In this document: in pieces, positions 46,770-55,647 of the stretch
Position numbering within the stretch: position 1 is the first letter of the stretch
How the letters are laid out: the number at the start of each line of letters is the position of its first letter
From: Longimicrobiales bacterium
GTDB lineage: Bacteria > Gemmatimonadota > Gemmatimonadetes > Longimicrobiales > RSA9
Assembly: GCA_036564015.1 (NCBI GenBank)
Contig: DATCLG010000105.1
Span: 1 to 58,103, forward strand
Direction: 5' to 3'
DNA length: 58,103 nt
Translations under genes and position numbers: made by a program
Notes under the pieces: model-generated
Databases searched by the model: none
The model's input: the letters and a program-made list of their open reading frames with translations, nothing else
Told to the model about the DNA's origin: nothing

Positions 46770-47678
46770 TCAGAATGGGACGACGTAACGCAGACGCGGT
46801 CCCCTGGCCTCCGTAACGGACTGAACGAGGTCGGCCAGGGTCGTTGCCGCCCCTTGCCCCAGGAGGAGTTCCAGGAGCGTGAATTTCTCCTTCGGCGGCC
46901 GTACGACTTTCGGGTCATCACCGAGACCCGCCATACGCCCCGCCGCCGCCAGGGCGTCGTTCCGATTCCCGAGCCGGTCAACGAGCCCCTGTTCCCGGGC
47001 CTGCCGGCCGGAGAAGATCCGCCCATCGGCGAGCCGCCGGACCACCTCCGGGTCCAGACTCCGCTCCTTCGCGACCACTTCGACGAATTGTTCGTACACG
47101 TCCTCCACCACCGCCCCCAGGATCTCCCGCTCCTCTGCCGAGATCGGCCGGAACGGCGAGCCGAGATCCTTGTGTGCCCCGCTCTTCACGACCTCCACCT
47201 CGACCCCCAGCTTCTCCATGAGCTGGCGGGCATTCGGGAACTCCATGAGAGCGCCGATAGAACCCGTGATCGAGCCGGGGAGCGCGAAGATCGAGTCGGC
47301 CGCCAGGGCTATGTAGTATCCGCCGGAAGCGCCCACTCCTCCGATCGATGCGATCACCGGCCGATGGTCTTCTTCCCGAATCCGCCTCAGCTCACGGTAG
47401 ATGCTCTGCGTCGGCGCAACGGCCCCGCCCGGTGAGTTGATCGCGACCACGAACCCCTTGACCGATCCGTCGCTGCGCAACTTCCGGATCTGTTCGAGGT
47501 ACTCCTCCTCATCCGTGATCACCCCTTCCACCTCGATCAGCGCGATCCGACCCCCGAACGAAAGCCCGCCCTCTCCTCGCACCGCGATCACCACGGCAAG
47601 GATCAACCCACTCAGGGTCATCAGCGAGATCACACCGACGGCGAGCGCGAGCAGGATAGAGCGCCGGGATACACGCAT
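46770..47678 (-). CDS. sppA: Signal peptide peptidase SppA (36K type)
   Basis: N-terminal TM helix, INSPGG, GASGGYYIA (Ser nucleophile) and KSGAHKD (Lys). ATG at 47678. Confidence 0.88.
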   Translation of the reverse strand: MRVSRRSILLALAVGVISLMTLSGLILAVVIAVRGEGGLSFGGRIALIEVEGVITDEEEYLEQIRKLRSDGSVKGFVVAINSPGGAVAPTQSIYRELRRIREEDHRPVIASIGGVGASGGYYIALAADSIFALPGSITGSIGALMEFPNARQLMEKLGVEVEVVKSGAHKDLGSPFRPISAEEREILGAVVEDVYEQFVEVVAKERSLDPEVVRRLADGRIFSGRQAREQGLVDRLGNRNDALAAAGRMAGLGDDPKVVRPPKEKFTLLELLLGQGAATTLADLVQSVTEARGPRLRYVVPF

Positions 47679-47746
47679 TACCGCCAAGAGGCCGAAGTGG
47701 AGTCATGCGAGGCGGGTCCCTAGCTTACGTGCACCGTTCCCGAGAG

Positions 47747-48865
47747 TCAAGACCTTCCTCGGCCCCGCCCTTCCATCGCCGCCACGAAGCGGTCGAACAG
47801 ATAAAGCGAATCACGGGGGCCCGGCGCCGCCTCCGGATGGTACTGCACGCTGAAGACCGGAAGCTCCCGGTGCGCCAGGCCCTCGATCGTGCCATCGTTG
47901 AGGTTCACGTGCGTGACTCGCAGCGCGGGCGCACCCTCGATCTGGTCGCCCTTCCCTCCCCGCACCGCAAACCCATGGTTCTGCGACGTGATCTCGACCG
48001 CGCCGTCCTCCAGCCGGCGAACAGGGTGGTTCCCACCCCGATGCCCGTAGAGGAGCTTGTAGGTCCGGCCGCCGAACGCACGGGCCAGCAGCTGATGGCC
48101 CAGGCAGATCCCGAAGATCGGCGTCCCCTGCGCGGCCAGCCGGCGAATCGCCTCCATCGCGCCCGGAACCGCCTCCGGGTCGCCCGGCCCGTTCGACAGG
48201 AAGAGCCCATCCGGCTCGAGCTCGACGAGCGCTTCCGCCGGCGTCCGCGCCGGCAGCACCGTGATCCGGCACCCCCGCTGCGCGAGCAATCGGAGAGAAT
48301 TGTTTTTCACCCCGAAGTCGTACGCCACCACGTGGAACCGCTCCGGGCCCACGGCCGGAACCACGTACGGCTCATCGGTCGAGACGCACCCGGTCAGGTC
48401 CAGCCCCTCCATGCGCGGATGCGCAAGGATCCGCTCCATCAGCTCATCCCGCGGGACATCCGCGGGGGCGATCCCCGCACGCATCGCGCCGGCCGACCGG
48501 ATATGTCGGGTGAGCGCCCGGGTGTCCAGCCCCGTCAACCCCACCACGCCGTGCCGCTTCAGGTACGCGTCCAGCGGCTCCTCGGCTCGCCAGTTGCTAG
48601 GCCGCCGGGAGAGCTCCCGGACGACGAAGCCCGCGACCTGCGGCTTCTTCGACTCCTGGTCGGTCGCGTTGACACCGTAGTTGCCGATGAGCGGGTACGT
48701 CATGGTCACGATCTGACCGGCGTAGGAGGGGTCCGTCAGGACCTCCTGGTACCCCATCATCGACGTGTTGAAGACGACTTCGCCGAGGGCAATGCCCACG
48801 GCGCCCATGCATTCGCCTGAAAACTGGCGACCGTCCTCCAGGAGCAGGTACCCGAGCTGCGTCAA
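47747..48865 (-). CDS. carA: Carbamoyl-phosphate synthase small (glutaminase) subunit
   Basis: LLLEDGRQFSG, MMGYQEVLTDPSYAGQIV, GICLGHQLL (Cys), QYHPEA (His). I chose the TTG at 48865 because it is preceded by GGAGG and gives a canonical N-terminus. The track start is 48910. Confidence 0.92.
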   Translation of the reverse strand: MTQLGYLLLEDGRQFSGECMGAVGIALGEVVFNTSMMGYQEVLTDPSYAGQIVTMTYPLIGNYGVNATDQESKKPQVAGFVVRELSRRPSNWRAEEPLDAYLKRHGVVGLTGLDTRALTRHIRSAGAMRAGIAPADVPRDELMERILAHPRMEGLDLTGCVSTDEPYVVPAVGPERFHVVAYDFGVKNNSLRLLAQRGCRITVLPARTPAEALVELEPDGLFLSNGPGDPEAVPGAMEAIRRLAAQGTPIFGICLGHQLLARAFGGRTYKLLYGHRGGNHPVRRLEDGAVEITSQNHGFAVRGGKGDQIEGAPALRVTHVNLNDGTIEGLAHRELPVFSVQYHPEAAPGPRDSLYLFDRFVAAMEGRGRGRS

Positions 48866-49010
48866 AGAGCCTCCGCTGGCAAAGTCACGCAGAATGCGCC
48901 AGGGCACCAATTTAGGCGCCGAGCCCGGCGTGTCAAGCGACGGCCGCGTCTCGAGCCACCCCCCGCCTGGTTGCGCGGAGCCGTCGGCACCGCGAGTTTA
49001 CCGGCCGCGT

Positions 49011-49619
49011 ATGGAACCTCTCGTCTACATTTACGCCGACGAATCCTGCCTCGGGGTCCAGTTCACGGATCGGCCGTCCCCCGGGGGAGCAGCGGGCCTG
49101 ATCGAGCTCTGGCGCGGGAATGAGTGGGTCCGGCGCGAGTACTGGGTCAGCGAGCCCGCGACGACGAACAACCGCATGGCGCTGCGCAGCGCGATCGAGG
49201 GGCTTCGGAGCCTCAACCGGCCCTGCCGCGTGATCTTCACCTCGGACTCGCAGTACCTGGTCCGGGGGATGCGCGAGTGGGTGCCGGGCTGGATCCGTCG
49301 CGGATGGCGGCGCAAGGATGGCCCGATCGAGAACGAGGACCTGTGGCGTGAGCTCGTGGATGTGGCCCGTCGCCACGCCGTGGACTGGCGCTGGGTCCGC
49401 GGGCACGCGGGTCACCCGCAGAACGAGTATGCCAACTGGCTCGCGATCCGGGCGGCCAAGACGCAGACCGATTCCGGTGGGCTCGTGCCGTCCGGCTTCG
49501 AGGCCTGGCTCGAGCAGCGGCGGAGCCACGGCAGCTACCTCGATTTCAACGAGTTCGCGCCGCCGAAGGAAACAGAGTTCCACCCCGCTCCTCTCCCCGA
49601 CCCGGGCGACGCGCCCTGA
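49011..49619 (+). CDS. rnhA: RNase HI homolog with atypical active-site residues and a C-terminal extension
   Basis: 202 aa from the ATG at 49011. RNase HI blocks are present: YADESCLG, TTNNRMAL, FTSDSQY, WVRGHAGHPQNEYAN. Upstream track ORF residues overlap carA on the opposite strand and were rejected. Confidence 0.85.
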   Translation: MEPLVYIYADESCLGVQFTDRPSPGGAAGLIELWRGNEWVRREYWVSEPATTNNRMALRSAIEGLRSLNRPCRVIFTSDSQYLVRGMREWVPGWIRRGWRRKDGPIENEDLWRELVDVARRHAVDWRWVRGHAGHPQNEYANWLAIRAAKTQTDSGGLVPSGFEAWLEQRRSHGSYLDFNEFAPPKETEFHPAPLPDPGDAP

Positions 49620-49860
49620 CCCGACCCGGTCCTGGGGATCGCCCCGGACCACGAGGCCAGGCATGGTCTCCCGGGCGCCTCCCGCCCGAGCCCGGGCCGG
49701 CTCGTCGCCGGCGAGCGCGCCTCCAGCCCCGACTCGCCGGCTTCCGGGGCCGGCTCCCGCTCTGAGGGGTTGTTTCCTCAGTCCCGAAGATGCGGGTACG
49801 TGCCGTACAGGCCCCCCAGGTCGCCGCGCTGGGAGCGACCCGTCCACCCGCCCCTGCCCT

Positions 49861-50607
49861 TCAGGTGAGGAGCTTACGCCCGAACACCTCGGCGAACCGC
49901 ACGGCCACGCGCGCGGCCACCTCCTCGAGCGACACCGGGCCGGAAATCACCCGGGCCAGCGACGTCACGCCGTACTCCCGGATGCCGCACGGGATGATGG
50001 ACCCGAAGAAGTCGAGGTTCGGATCCACGTTCAGGGCGAAGCCGTGGGACGTGATCCAGCCGCTGGAGAGACGGACCCCGATGGCGGCGATCTTCTCGTC
50101 GCCGACCCAGACGCCCGTCAACCCCTCCTTGCGCCCGGCCACCACGCCATAATCGCCGAGTGCGCGGATCAACACCTCCTCGAGGTCCCGGATGTAGCGA
50201 TGGAGATCGCAGCGGTCGGGCTTCAGGTCGAGGATCGGATAGCCGACGAGCTGCCCGGGTCCGTGGTACGTCACGTCCCCGCCCCGCCCGGCGTGGAACA
50301 GCTCGATCCCGAGAAGACGCCGGTCCGCCTCGTCGACCAGGACGTGGTCGGGCCGGGCGGAGGCGCCGAGCGTGATAACGTGCGGATGTTCCAGGAGGAG
50401 GAGCTGGTCGGGGATCTCGCCCGCCCGACGCTTCCTGACCAGCTCCTCCTGGAGGGCAAGGGCGTCGGCGTAGGCGACGAGGCCCAGATTCCGGACTTCG
50501 ATCGGCCGCTCGCCCTGCGCCTCGGTCCGTGGCACCGGACCAGCGCCGGGCGCCCGCCTGCGACGAGCGCCCGGGCGCGCGTCCGCACCGGCTCCGTTAG
50601 ACGGCAT
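49861..50607 (-). CDS. lipB: Octanoyltransferase (lipoyl(octanoyl) transferase)
   Basis: LLLLEHPHVITLG, RGGDVTYHGPGQLVGYPIL, KIAAIGVR (Lys), PCG. The ATG at 50607 overlaps the E2 stop by 11 nt. Confidence 0.9.
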   Translation of the reverse strand: MPSNGAGADARPGARRRRAPGAGPVPRTEAQGERPIEVRNLGLVAYADALALQEELVRKRRAGEIPDQLLLLEHPHVITLGASARPDHVLVDEADRRLLGIELFHAGRGGDVTYHGPGQLVGYPILDLKPDRCDLHRYIRDLEEVLIRALGDYGVVAGRKEGLTGVWVGDEKIAAIGVRLSSGWITSHGFALNVDPNLDFFGSIIPCGIREYGVTSLARVISGPVSLEEVAARVAVRFAEVFGRKLLT

Positions 50608-52000
50608 CCTCCGGGAAGCCCTCCATGACCTGCTTGATGCGGCTGAGGAAGCGAGCCGCATCCGCACCGTCGATGATACGGTGGTCGTAGCCGAGCGAGA
50701 AGAGCGCCCGCTTGCGGATCACGATCACGTCGGAGCCGTCGACCTCGATGACCACGGGCTTCTTCTCGATCGCGCCCGTGCCCAGGATCGCCGCCGTGCC
50801 CTCGGGGATGATGGGCATCCCCACCAGCGTACCCAGCACACCGGGATTGGTGATCGAGAAGGTCGCGCCCTGGATCTCCTCTGGGAGGAGCTTCCGTGCG
50901 CGGGCGCGAGCGGCCAGGTCGTTGATCCGCCGGGCGATGCCGAGCAGGTTCAGCTCGTCGGCGTTCTTGATGACCGGGACGATCAGCCCCGGATCCAGGT
51001 CCACGGCGATCCCGATGTTGATTTCCCCCCGGTAGATGATGCTATCGCCGGAGATCGTCGCGTTGACCCGCGGGAACTCCTGGAGGGCGCGCGCCACGGC
51101 CCAGGCGACGAAGGCCGTGTAGCTGACCTTCACCCCCTGCTCCTCCCACCGCGCCTTGTTCCTTGCGCGGAGGCGATCGACCTGCGTGAAATCGACCTCG
51201 ATGAAGGAGTGGACGTGCGGCGCGATCCGCTTCGCCCGCACCATGTGGTCGGCCGTGAGCCGCCGGATCCGGTCCATGCGCTCGACGCGATCCTTCGGGC
51301 GCACGGGGAACTCGGGGTGCCGGACCTGGCCGTAGAAGATGTCCCAGAACTGGTCCGCCGTGATCGGCCCTTCCTCTGGAGGTTTGGGCGCCGCCGTGCG
51401 GGCGGGGATGGGTTCCTCCTGCGGCGCCGCGGTGACGCGCGCGGCCGGCGCCGCCTCCCGCTGCTGGATGTAGGCGAGGATGTCCTGCTTCGTGACCCGG
51501 CCGGCAGGGCCGGTGCCAGGGACCGCCTCGAGGCTGACGCCGTGCTCTTCGGCGATCCGCCGGACGAGAGGCGTCGAACGCCGGCGCAGGCGCTCTTCCG
51601 CCGTCTCCCGGCGATCTCCCCGCGGTGCGCCCTCGGGCTGCGCAGCCGCGGCCGGCTGCTCCTCGGGGGCCTTGGCCGGAGCCGCCGGAGCCGCCTCTGC
51701 CTCCGCCTTCTCCGCTGCCGGCGGAGCGGCCGGCGCCGCCTCAGCCGCCCCCGCCGCGGCCTCGGTCTCGATGTAGCCGAGTACGCCGCCTACCTCGACG
51801 GTTTCGCCCTCCTGGACGGCGATCTCGACCAGCGTGCCGGCGGCCGGCGCGGGGACCTCCGCGTCGACCTTGTCGGTGGAGATCTCCACGAGCGGCTCAT
51901 CCCGCTCCACCCGATCGCCCGCCTTCTTCAGCCATTTCGAAACCGTGCCCTCGACGATGGATTCACCCATCTGGGGCATGGGGACTTCGATTCGCGCCAT
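50597..52000 (-). CDS. Dihydrolipoamide acyltransferase (E2 of a 2-oxoacid dehydrogenase complex; substrate specificity unresolved)
   Basis: Lipoyl domain (EISTDKVDAEVPAP), Ala/Pro linker, E3/E1-binding domain (PLVRRIAEEHGVSLEAVPGTGPAGRVTKQDI) and catalytic domain (LGYDHRIIDGADAARFL). ATG at 52000. Confidence 0.9.
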   Translation of the reverse strand: MARIEVPMPQMGESIVEGTVSKWLKKAGDRVERDEPLVEISTDKVDAEVPAPAAGTLVEIAVQEGETVEVGGVLGYIETEAAAGAAEAAPAAPPAAEKAEAEAAPAAPAKAPEEQPAAAAQPEGAPRGDRRETAEERLRRRSTPLVRRIAEEHGVSLEAVPGTGPAGRVTKQDILAYIQQREAAPAARVTAAPQEEPIPARTAAPKPPEEGPITADQFWDIFYGQVRHPEFPVRPKDRVERMDRIRRLTADHMVRAKRIAPHVHSFIEVDFTQVDRLRARNKARWEEQGVKVSYTAFVAWAVARALQEFPRVNATISGDSIIYRGEINIGIAVDLDPGLIVPVIKNADELNLLGIARRINDLAARARARKLLPEEIQGATFSITNPGVLGTLVGMPIIPEGTAAILGTGAIEKKPVVIEVDGSDVIVIRKRALFSLGYDHRIIDGADAARFLSRIKQVMEGFPEDAV

Positions 52001-52898
52001 GTCGGACTCCACGGTCTCAGTGATAGCCCCGGCGACCGGGCCCGTTCGCGGCGCCAATCGCCCGGGGAGAAGAGTCCCTCGCCTCCTCTTTGCGCCGCTC
52101 GGCCGCGACCCCGCCGAGCCCCACCGCCCGCGAGGAAGGCGCGGCCGCCAGCCGACTCCATGCGCCGGCGGCGAGGACGCCCCGAGGCCTGCGGCCCGCG
52201 GAGGCTGCGCAGGGGCGCTCCGTCTGACCCTTTAGTGCAGCGGGCTCGCGCCCGGCCGCCTGGAGAGCGCCGGGTCGCGGCGACATCGGCCGCCCGAGCC
52301 GGATCTGGCGCGAGCGCTGCCGTCCCGCTCGTACTCGCATCGCCTGGTCGGGCATGCTGTCTCACGCCCGCACGCCCTCAGCGCCGCCGGCCTCGGCCCC
52401 CTGCGATGCCGAGCCCCGGGCGGCTTCCGACCCAGGATCGGCCGAAAACCCGCCTGGATCGCGAAAAAAAATGGTCTGCGCCATCCCCCCCGTCAAGCCG
52501 CGGCGACCCCCGGACACGGCCACTTTCGGGCCCGACTCTTGCGCCATCGCTGAGGGCCCGGGCCGGACCCGGCGGGGCAGCTCCAGCACGGATCGCCCCC
52601 GCCGGGCAAGACCGCACCTCTCACTCGAAACCCTGAGCAGCGCATGGCCGACCGATCTCATTCACCCGACCGCCTCCACCCCACGCCCCCCACCATGCGG
52701 GCGGCGCCCGGCCCTGCTTCCCGTCACCGCCCCTCCCCACGGGCGCGGGGCCGCCCGCACCGCCCGGCCACCCTGGAGCCCCACCCCGAGGCCGACGCGC
52801 TCCTCGGCCCGTACGAGACCCGTTACGACGTCCAACGGGGGTACGGATTCGAGCGCTCGATCCTCGTCATCCGCGATTGACCCGGAGCGAGGCCGCCC

Positions 52899-52944
52899 AA
52901 AAGGAAGGAGGCGCGGAAACGCGGCCATTGCCGCGCCCCGCGCC
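52899..52944 (-). terminator. Intrinsic terminator after secG
   Basis: Two-tier hairpin with an outer stem GGCGCGG/CCGCGCC (52910-16 / 52938-44) and an inner stem CGCGGC-CATT-GCCGCG. On the minus strand it is followed by TCCTTCCTTTTGG, 24 nt after the secG stop. Confidence 0.6.
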
Positions 52945-52967
52945 CCCAAACTAGACCCGCCACCCGT

Positions 52968-53381
52968 CTACTGCCCTGCCGGCGGAGCCGTCTGCGGCTC
53001 GGTCTGAGCTGCCCCCTCCGACGGCTGCGCCTCACCAGGCTGCGTCTCCCCAGGCTGTCCCGGCTGCGTCCCGGGCACCACCGGCTCCACGGGCGCAGGC
53101 GGCGCCACCTGACGGAACTCCTGCCGAAGGATCGACTCGGGTTGCTGGGCCCGCGATGACGAAAGGATCGACAGCACGAACGCCAGGAAGAGGAATAGCC
53201 CGCCCGTCGTCCACGTCGCCTTCGTCAACAGCGTCGCCGCCTGCCGGCCACCGATGAACGCCTCGGTCCCGGCCCCACCGCCCATCGCGGCGAGCCCGCC
53301 TCCCTTCCCGGCCTGGAGCAACACGACGACGGCCAGAATGATGCCGTCGATGATCAAGAGCGCCAGCAGCAGTCCAAACAC
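52968..53381 (-). CDS. secG: Preprotein translocase subunit SecG
   Basis: FGLLLALLIIDGIILAVVVLLQAGKGGGLAAMGGG... then a second TM helix and a Gln/Pro/Glu-rich tail. I chose the GTG at 53381 because GGAG lies 10 nt upstream. The track start TTG 53450 is possible. Confidence 0.85.
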   Translation of the reverse strand: MFGLLLALLIIDGIILAVVVLLQAGKGGGLAAMGGGAGTEAFIGGRQAATLLTKATWTTGGLFLFLAFVLSILSSSRAQQPESILRQEFRQVAPPAPVEPVVPGTQPGQPGETQPGEAQPSEGAAQTEPQTAPPAGQ

Positions 53382-53494
53382 GGTCCGTTCGCTCCGAAAC
53401 GCCAATCTCAGCGATTCTTGAAAGATCGCGGATGACCCGCGCAGTGTCAAGCAGACCGGCCCGATGCCGGCTCGCCTGCGGGCCCTGTCGGCGG

Positions 53495-54274
53495 CTACAG
53501 GCCCGCGATCCGCGCGAAGCCCACCGGGTCGAGGCTCGCGCCGCCGACCAGCAGGCCATCGACCTCCCGGGCGCCCAGCAGATCCGCCGCGTTCCCCGGC
53601 TTCACCGATCCGCCGTACAGGATCGGGATCCCGCGGGCCACCTCCTCCCCCACCCGCTCCGCCAGCCGCCGCCGGAGCACGGCGTGCGCCGCCGACGCGT
53701 CCTCGGGTGTCGCGTTCACCCCCGTCCCGATCGCCCAGACCGGCTCGTACGCGATCACCAGCCGCGCGATCCGCTCCTGGGGCAGCCCCGCGAGCGCCGC
53801 ATCGAGCTGCTGGAGGATCACCTCCTCCACCCGCTCCGCACGCCGCTCGTCGAGCGTCTCCCCCACGCAGACCACCGGTGTCATGTCGCCCTCGAACGCC
53901 GCCACCGTCTTGAGCCGCACATCCTCGTCCGTTTCCCGGAAGAGGTGGCGCCGCTCGGAATGACCCACCAGCGTGAAGCGCGCACCCGCATCGCGGGCCA
54001 TCGGCGCGCTGATCTCCCCGGTGAAGGCGCCCTCCGGCTTCCAGTAAATGTTCTGCACGCCGAGCAGAAGATCCGGCCGCTCCCGGGTCGCCTCCACCGC
54101 CGCCAGCAGCGAGACGGCGGGCGGGAAGAAAATGACCGTGCGATCCTCATGCGCGGGATACCGCGATATGAACTCGCGGAAGAACTCCCGGGCCGCCGTC
54201 GGCCCCTTGTTCATCTTCCAGTTGCCGGCGATGACCGGCTTCCGGAGCGGCGTCGAGAGCTGCGTCTGCCCCAT
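53495..54274 (-). CDS. tpiA: Triosephosphate isomerase
   Basis: IAGNWKMN, VGHSERR (His), AYEPVWAIGTG (Glu), YGGSV. Confidence 0.96.
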   Translation of the reverse strand: MGQTQLSTPLRKPVIAGNWKMNKGPTAAREFFREFISRYPAHEDRTVIFFPPAVSLLAAVEATRERPDLLLGVQNIYWKPEGAFTGEISAPMARDAGARFTLVGHSERRHLFRETDEDVRLKTVAAFEGDMTPVVCVGETLDERRAERVEEVILQQLDAALAGLPQERIARLVIAYEPVWAIGTGVNATPEDASAAHAVLRRRLAERVGEEVARGIPILYGGSVKPGNAADLLGAREVDGLLVGGASLDPVGFARIAGL

Positions 54275-54284
54275 CGCCTACTCC

Positions 54285-55499
54285 TTACCCCTGCGGCCGG
54301 TCACTGAGCGCCGCCACACCGGGCAGCGTCCGCCCCTCCAGGAACTCGAGCGAGGCGCCGCCACCCGTCGAAACGTGCGTGATCCGGTCGGCCACACCGG
54401 CGCCCTCGATCGCCGCCACCGTGTCGCCACCGCCCACGATCGTCGTGGCCCCACGGTCGGTCGCCGCCGCCACCGCCCGCGCGATCCCGGCCGTCCCCTG
54501 GCTGAACTCCTCGATCTCGAACATCCCCATCGGCCCGTTCCAGAGCACGGTCCGGGCACGCTCGATGATCTCCCGGAAGGTGGCGACGCTCTTCGGGCCG
54601 ATGTCCAGGATCCGGGCCTCCGGCGGCACTGCGTCCCGGTCCACCTGCCAGGTCTGCGCCCCCGCCTTCGCCTCCCTCGCCACGACACAGTCCACGGGCA
54701 GGACCAGCTTCTCGCCCGCACGGCCCAGCAGCTCGCGCGCCAGCTCGATCCGGTCCTCCTCCACCAGCGACTGGCCCGTCTCCAGACCCAGCGCGCGGTA
54801 GAACGTGTTCGCCATCGCCCCGCCGATCAGCAGGCGATCCACCCGCGGCAGCAGGTTCTCGATCACGTCGATCTTCCCGGAGATCTTCGCCCCGCCGATG
54901 ATCGCCACGAAGGGCCGCTCGGGCGACTCCAGCGCCTGGCCGAGGAACCGAAGCTCCTTCTCCATCAGGAAACCCGCCACCGCAGGCCGGCCATCCGCCT
55001 TCATCACCTCGGCCACGCCCGCGGTCGAGGCGTGAGCCCGATGCGCGGCGCCGAACGCGTCGTTCACGTACACATCCCCGAACGCCGCCAGCGCCTCGCT
55101 CAGCTCCCTGTCGTTCGTCTCCTCCCCTGCCAAAAACCTCACGTTCTCCAGCAGCAGGATCTCGCCGCCCCGCAGGCTGTCCACAGCAGCATGGGCGTCC
55201 GGCCCGACGACGTCGGCCGTGAAATGGACGGGCGCGTCGACCAGCTCCTTAAGCCGTTCCGCGACCGGACGGAGCGAGTAGGCGGGATCCCAGCGCCCCT
55301 TCGGCCGGCCGAGGTGCGAAACCAGCACCACCCGCGCCTTGCGGTCGACCAGGTACTCCAGGGTCGGCAGCGTCGCGCGAATCCGCGTGTCGTCCGCCAC
55401 CCGACCATCGTCGAGCGGCACGTTGTAGTCGACCCGGACGAGAACGCGCCGATCCTGGAGCGCCGCGTCCGGCAGGTCACGAAGCGTGAGCTTGTTCAT
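54285..55499 (-). CDS. pgk: Phosphoglycerate kinase
   Basis: RVDYNVPL, VSHLGRPKG, GGAKISGKI, GGGDT. I chose the ATG at 55499 (MNKLTLRDL). Confidence 0.96.
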   Translation of the reverse strand: MNKLTLRDLPDAALQDRRVLVRVDYNVPLDDGRVADDTRIRATLPTLEYLVDRKARVVLVSHLGRPKGRWDPAYSLRPVAERLKELVDAPVHFTADVVGPDAHAAVDSLRGGEILLLENVRFLAGEETNDRELSEALAAFGDVYVNDAFGAAHRAHASTAGVAEVMKADGRPAVAGFLMEKELRFLGQALESPERPFVAIIGGAKISGKIDVIENLLPRVDRLLIGGAMANTFYRALGLETGQSLVEEDRIELARELLGRAGEKLVLPVDCVVAREAKAGAQTWQVDRDAVPPEARILDIGPKSVATFREIIERARTVLWNGPMGMFEIEEFSQGTAGIARAVAAATDRGATTIVGGGDTVAAIEGAGVADRITHVSTGGGASLEFLEGRTLPGVAALSDRPQG

Positions 55500-55647
55500 C
55501 GAGGTTCCGGTGGTCATTGGGAGAACGTTCCTGAACTGGAAAACCCCATGGCCGGAGCCAGCCGTCCGGCCGTCGCGCGCGGTAACCTAGCGTGGCGGGT
55601 CGGTGTCGATCAAGGCGACGCCCCGCTGCCCGCACCCCGCCCCCTGA

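Noticed and set aside
49620-49650. Hairpin GGTCCTGGGG-ATCG-CCCCGGACC right after the rnhA stop, and CTGAGG-N8-CCTCAG at about 49761-49781, as terminators in the convergent rnhA/lipB gap.
   Set aside because: Neither is followed by a T-tract on the relevant strand and the stems are short or bulged. This is too weak to call as a feature.
52000-52060. CTGAGA box upstream of the E2 start (minus strand GGGGCTATCACTGAGACCGTGG), reminiscent of the TPP riboswitch.
   Set aside because: The second conserved half of the TPP aptamer (ACCTGATCTGGATAATGCCAGCG-like) is absent, and an E2 gene is not a known TPP riboswitch target.
52837-52855. tmRNA-like 5' motif GGGGGTACGGATTCGAGCG (compare GGGGCTGATTCTGGATTCGACGG in E. 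coli ssrA). A second GGATTCGAC-containing stretch lies at 1334-1359.
   Set aside because: A 350-nt tmRNA starting here would run through the secG coding region and its terminator. No tag-like reading frame ending in Ala-Ala-stop is present, and there is no T-arm/…CTCCACCA 3' end on either strand at either locus. The resemblance is limited to about 10 nt.
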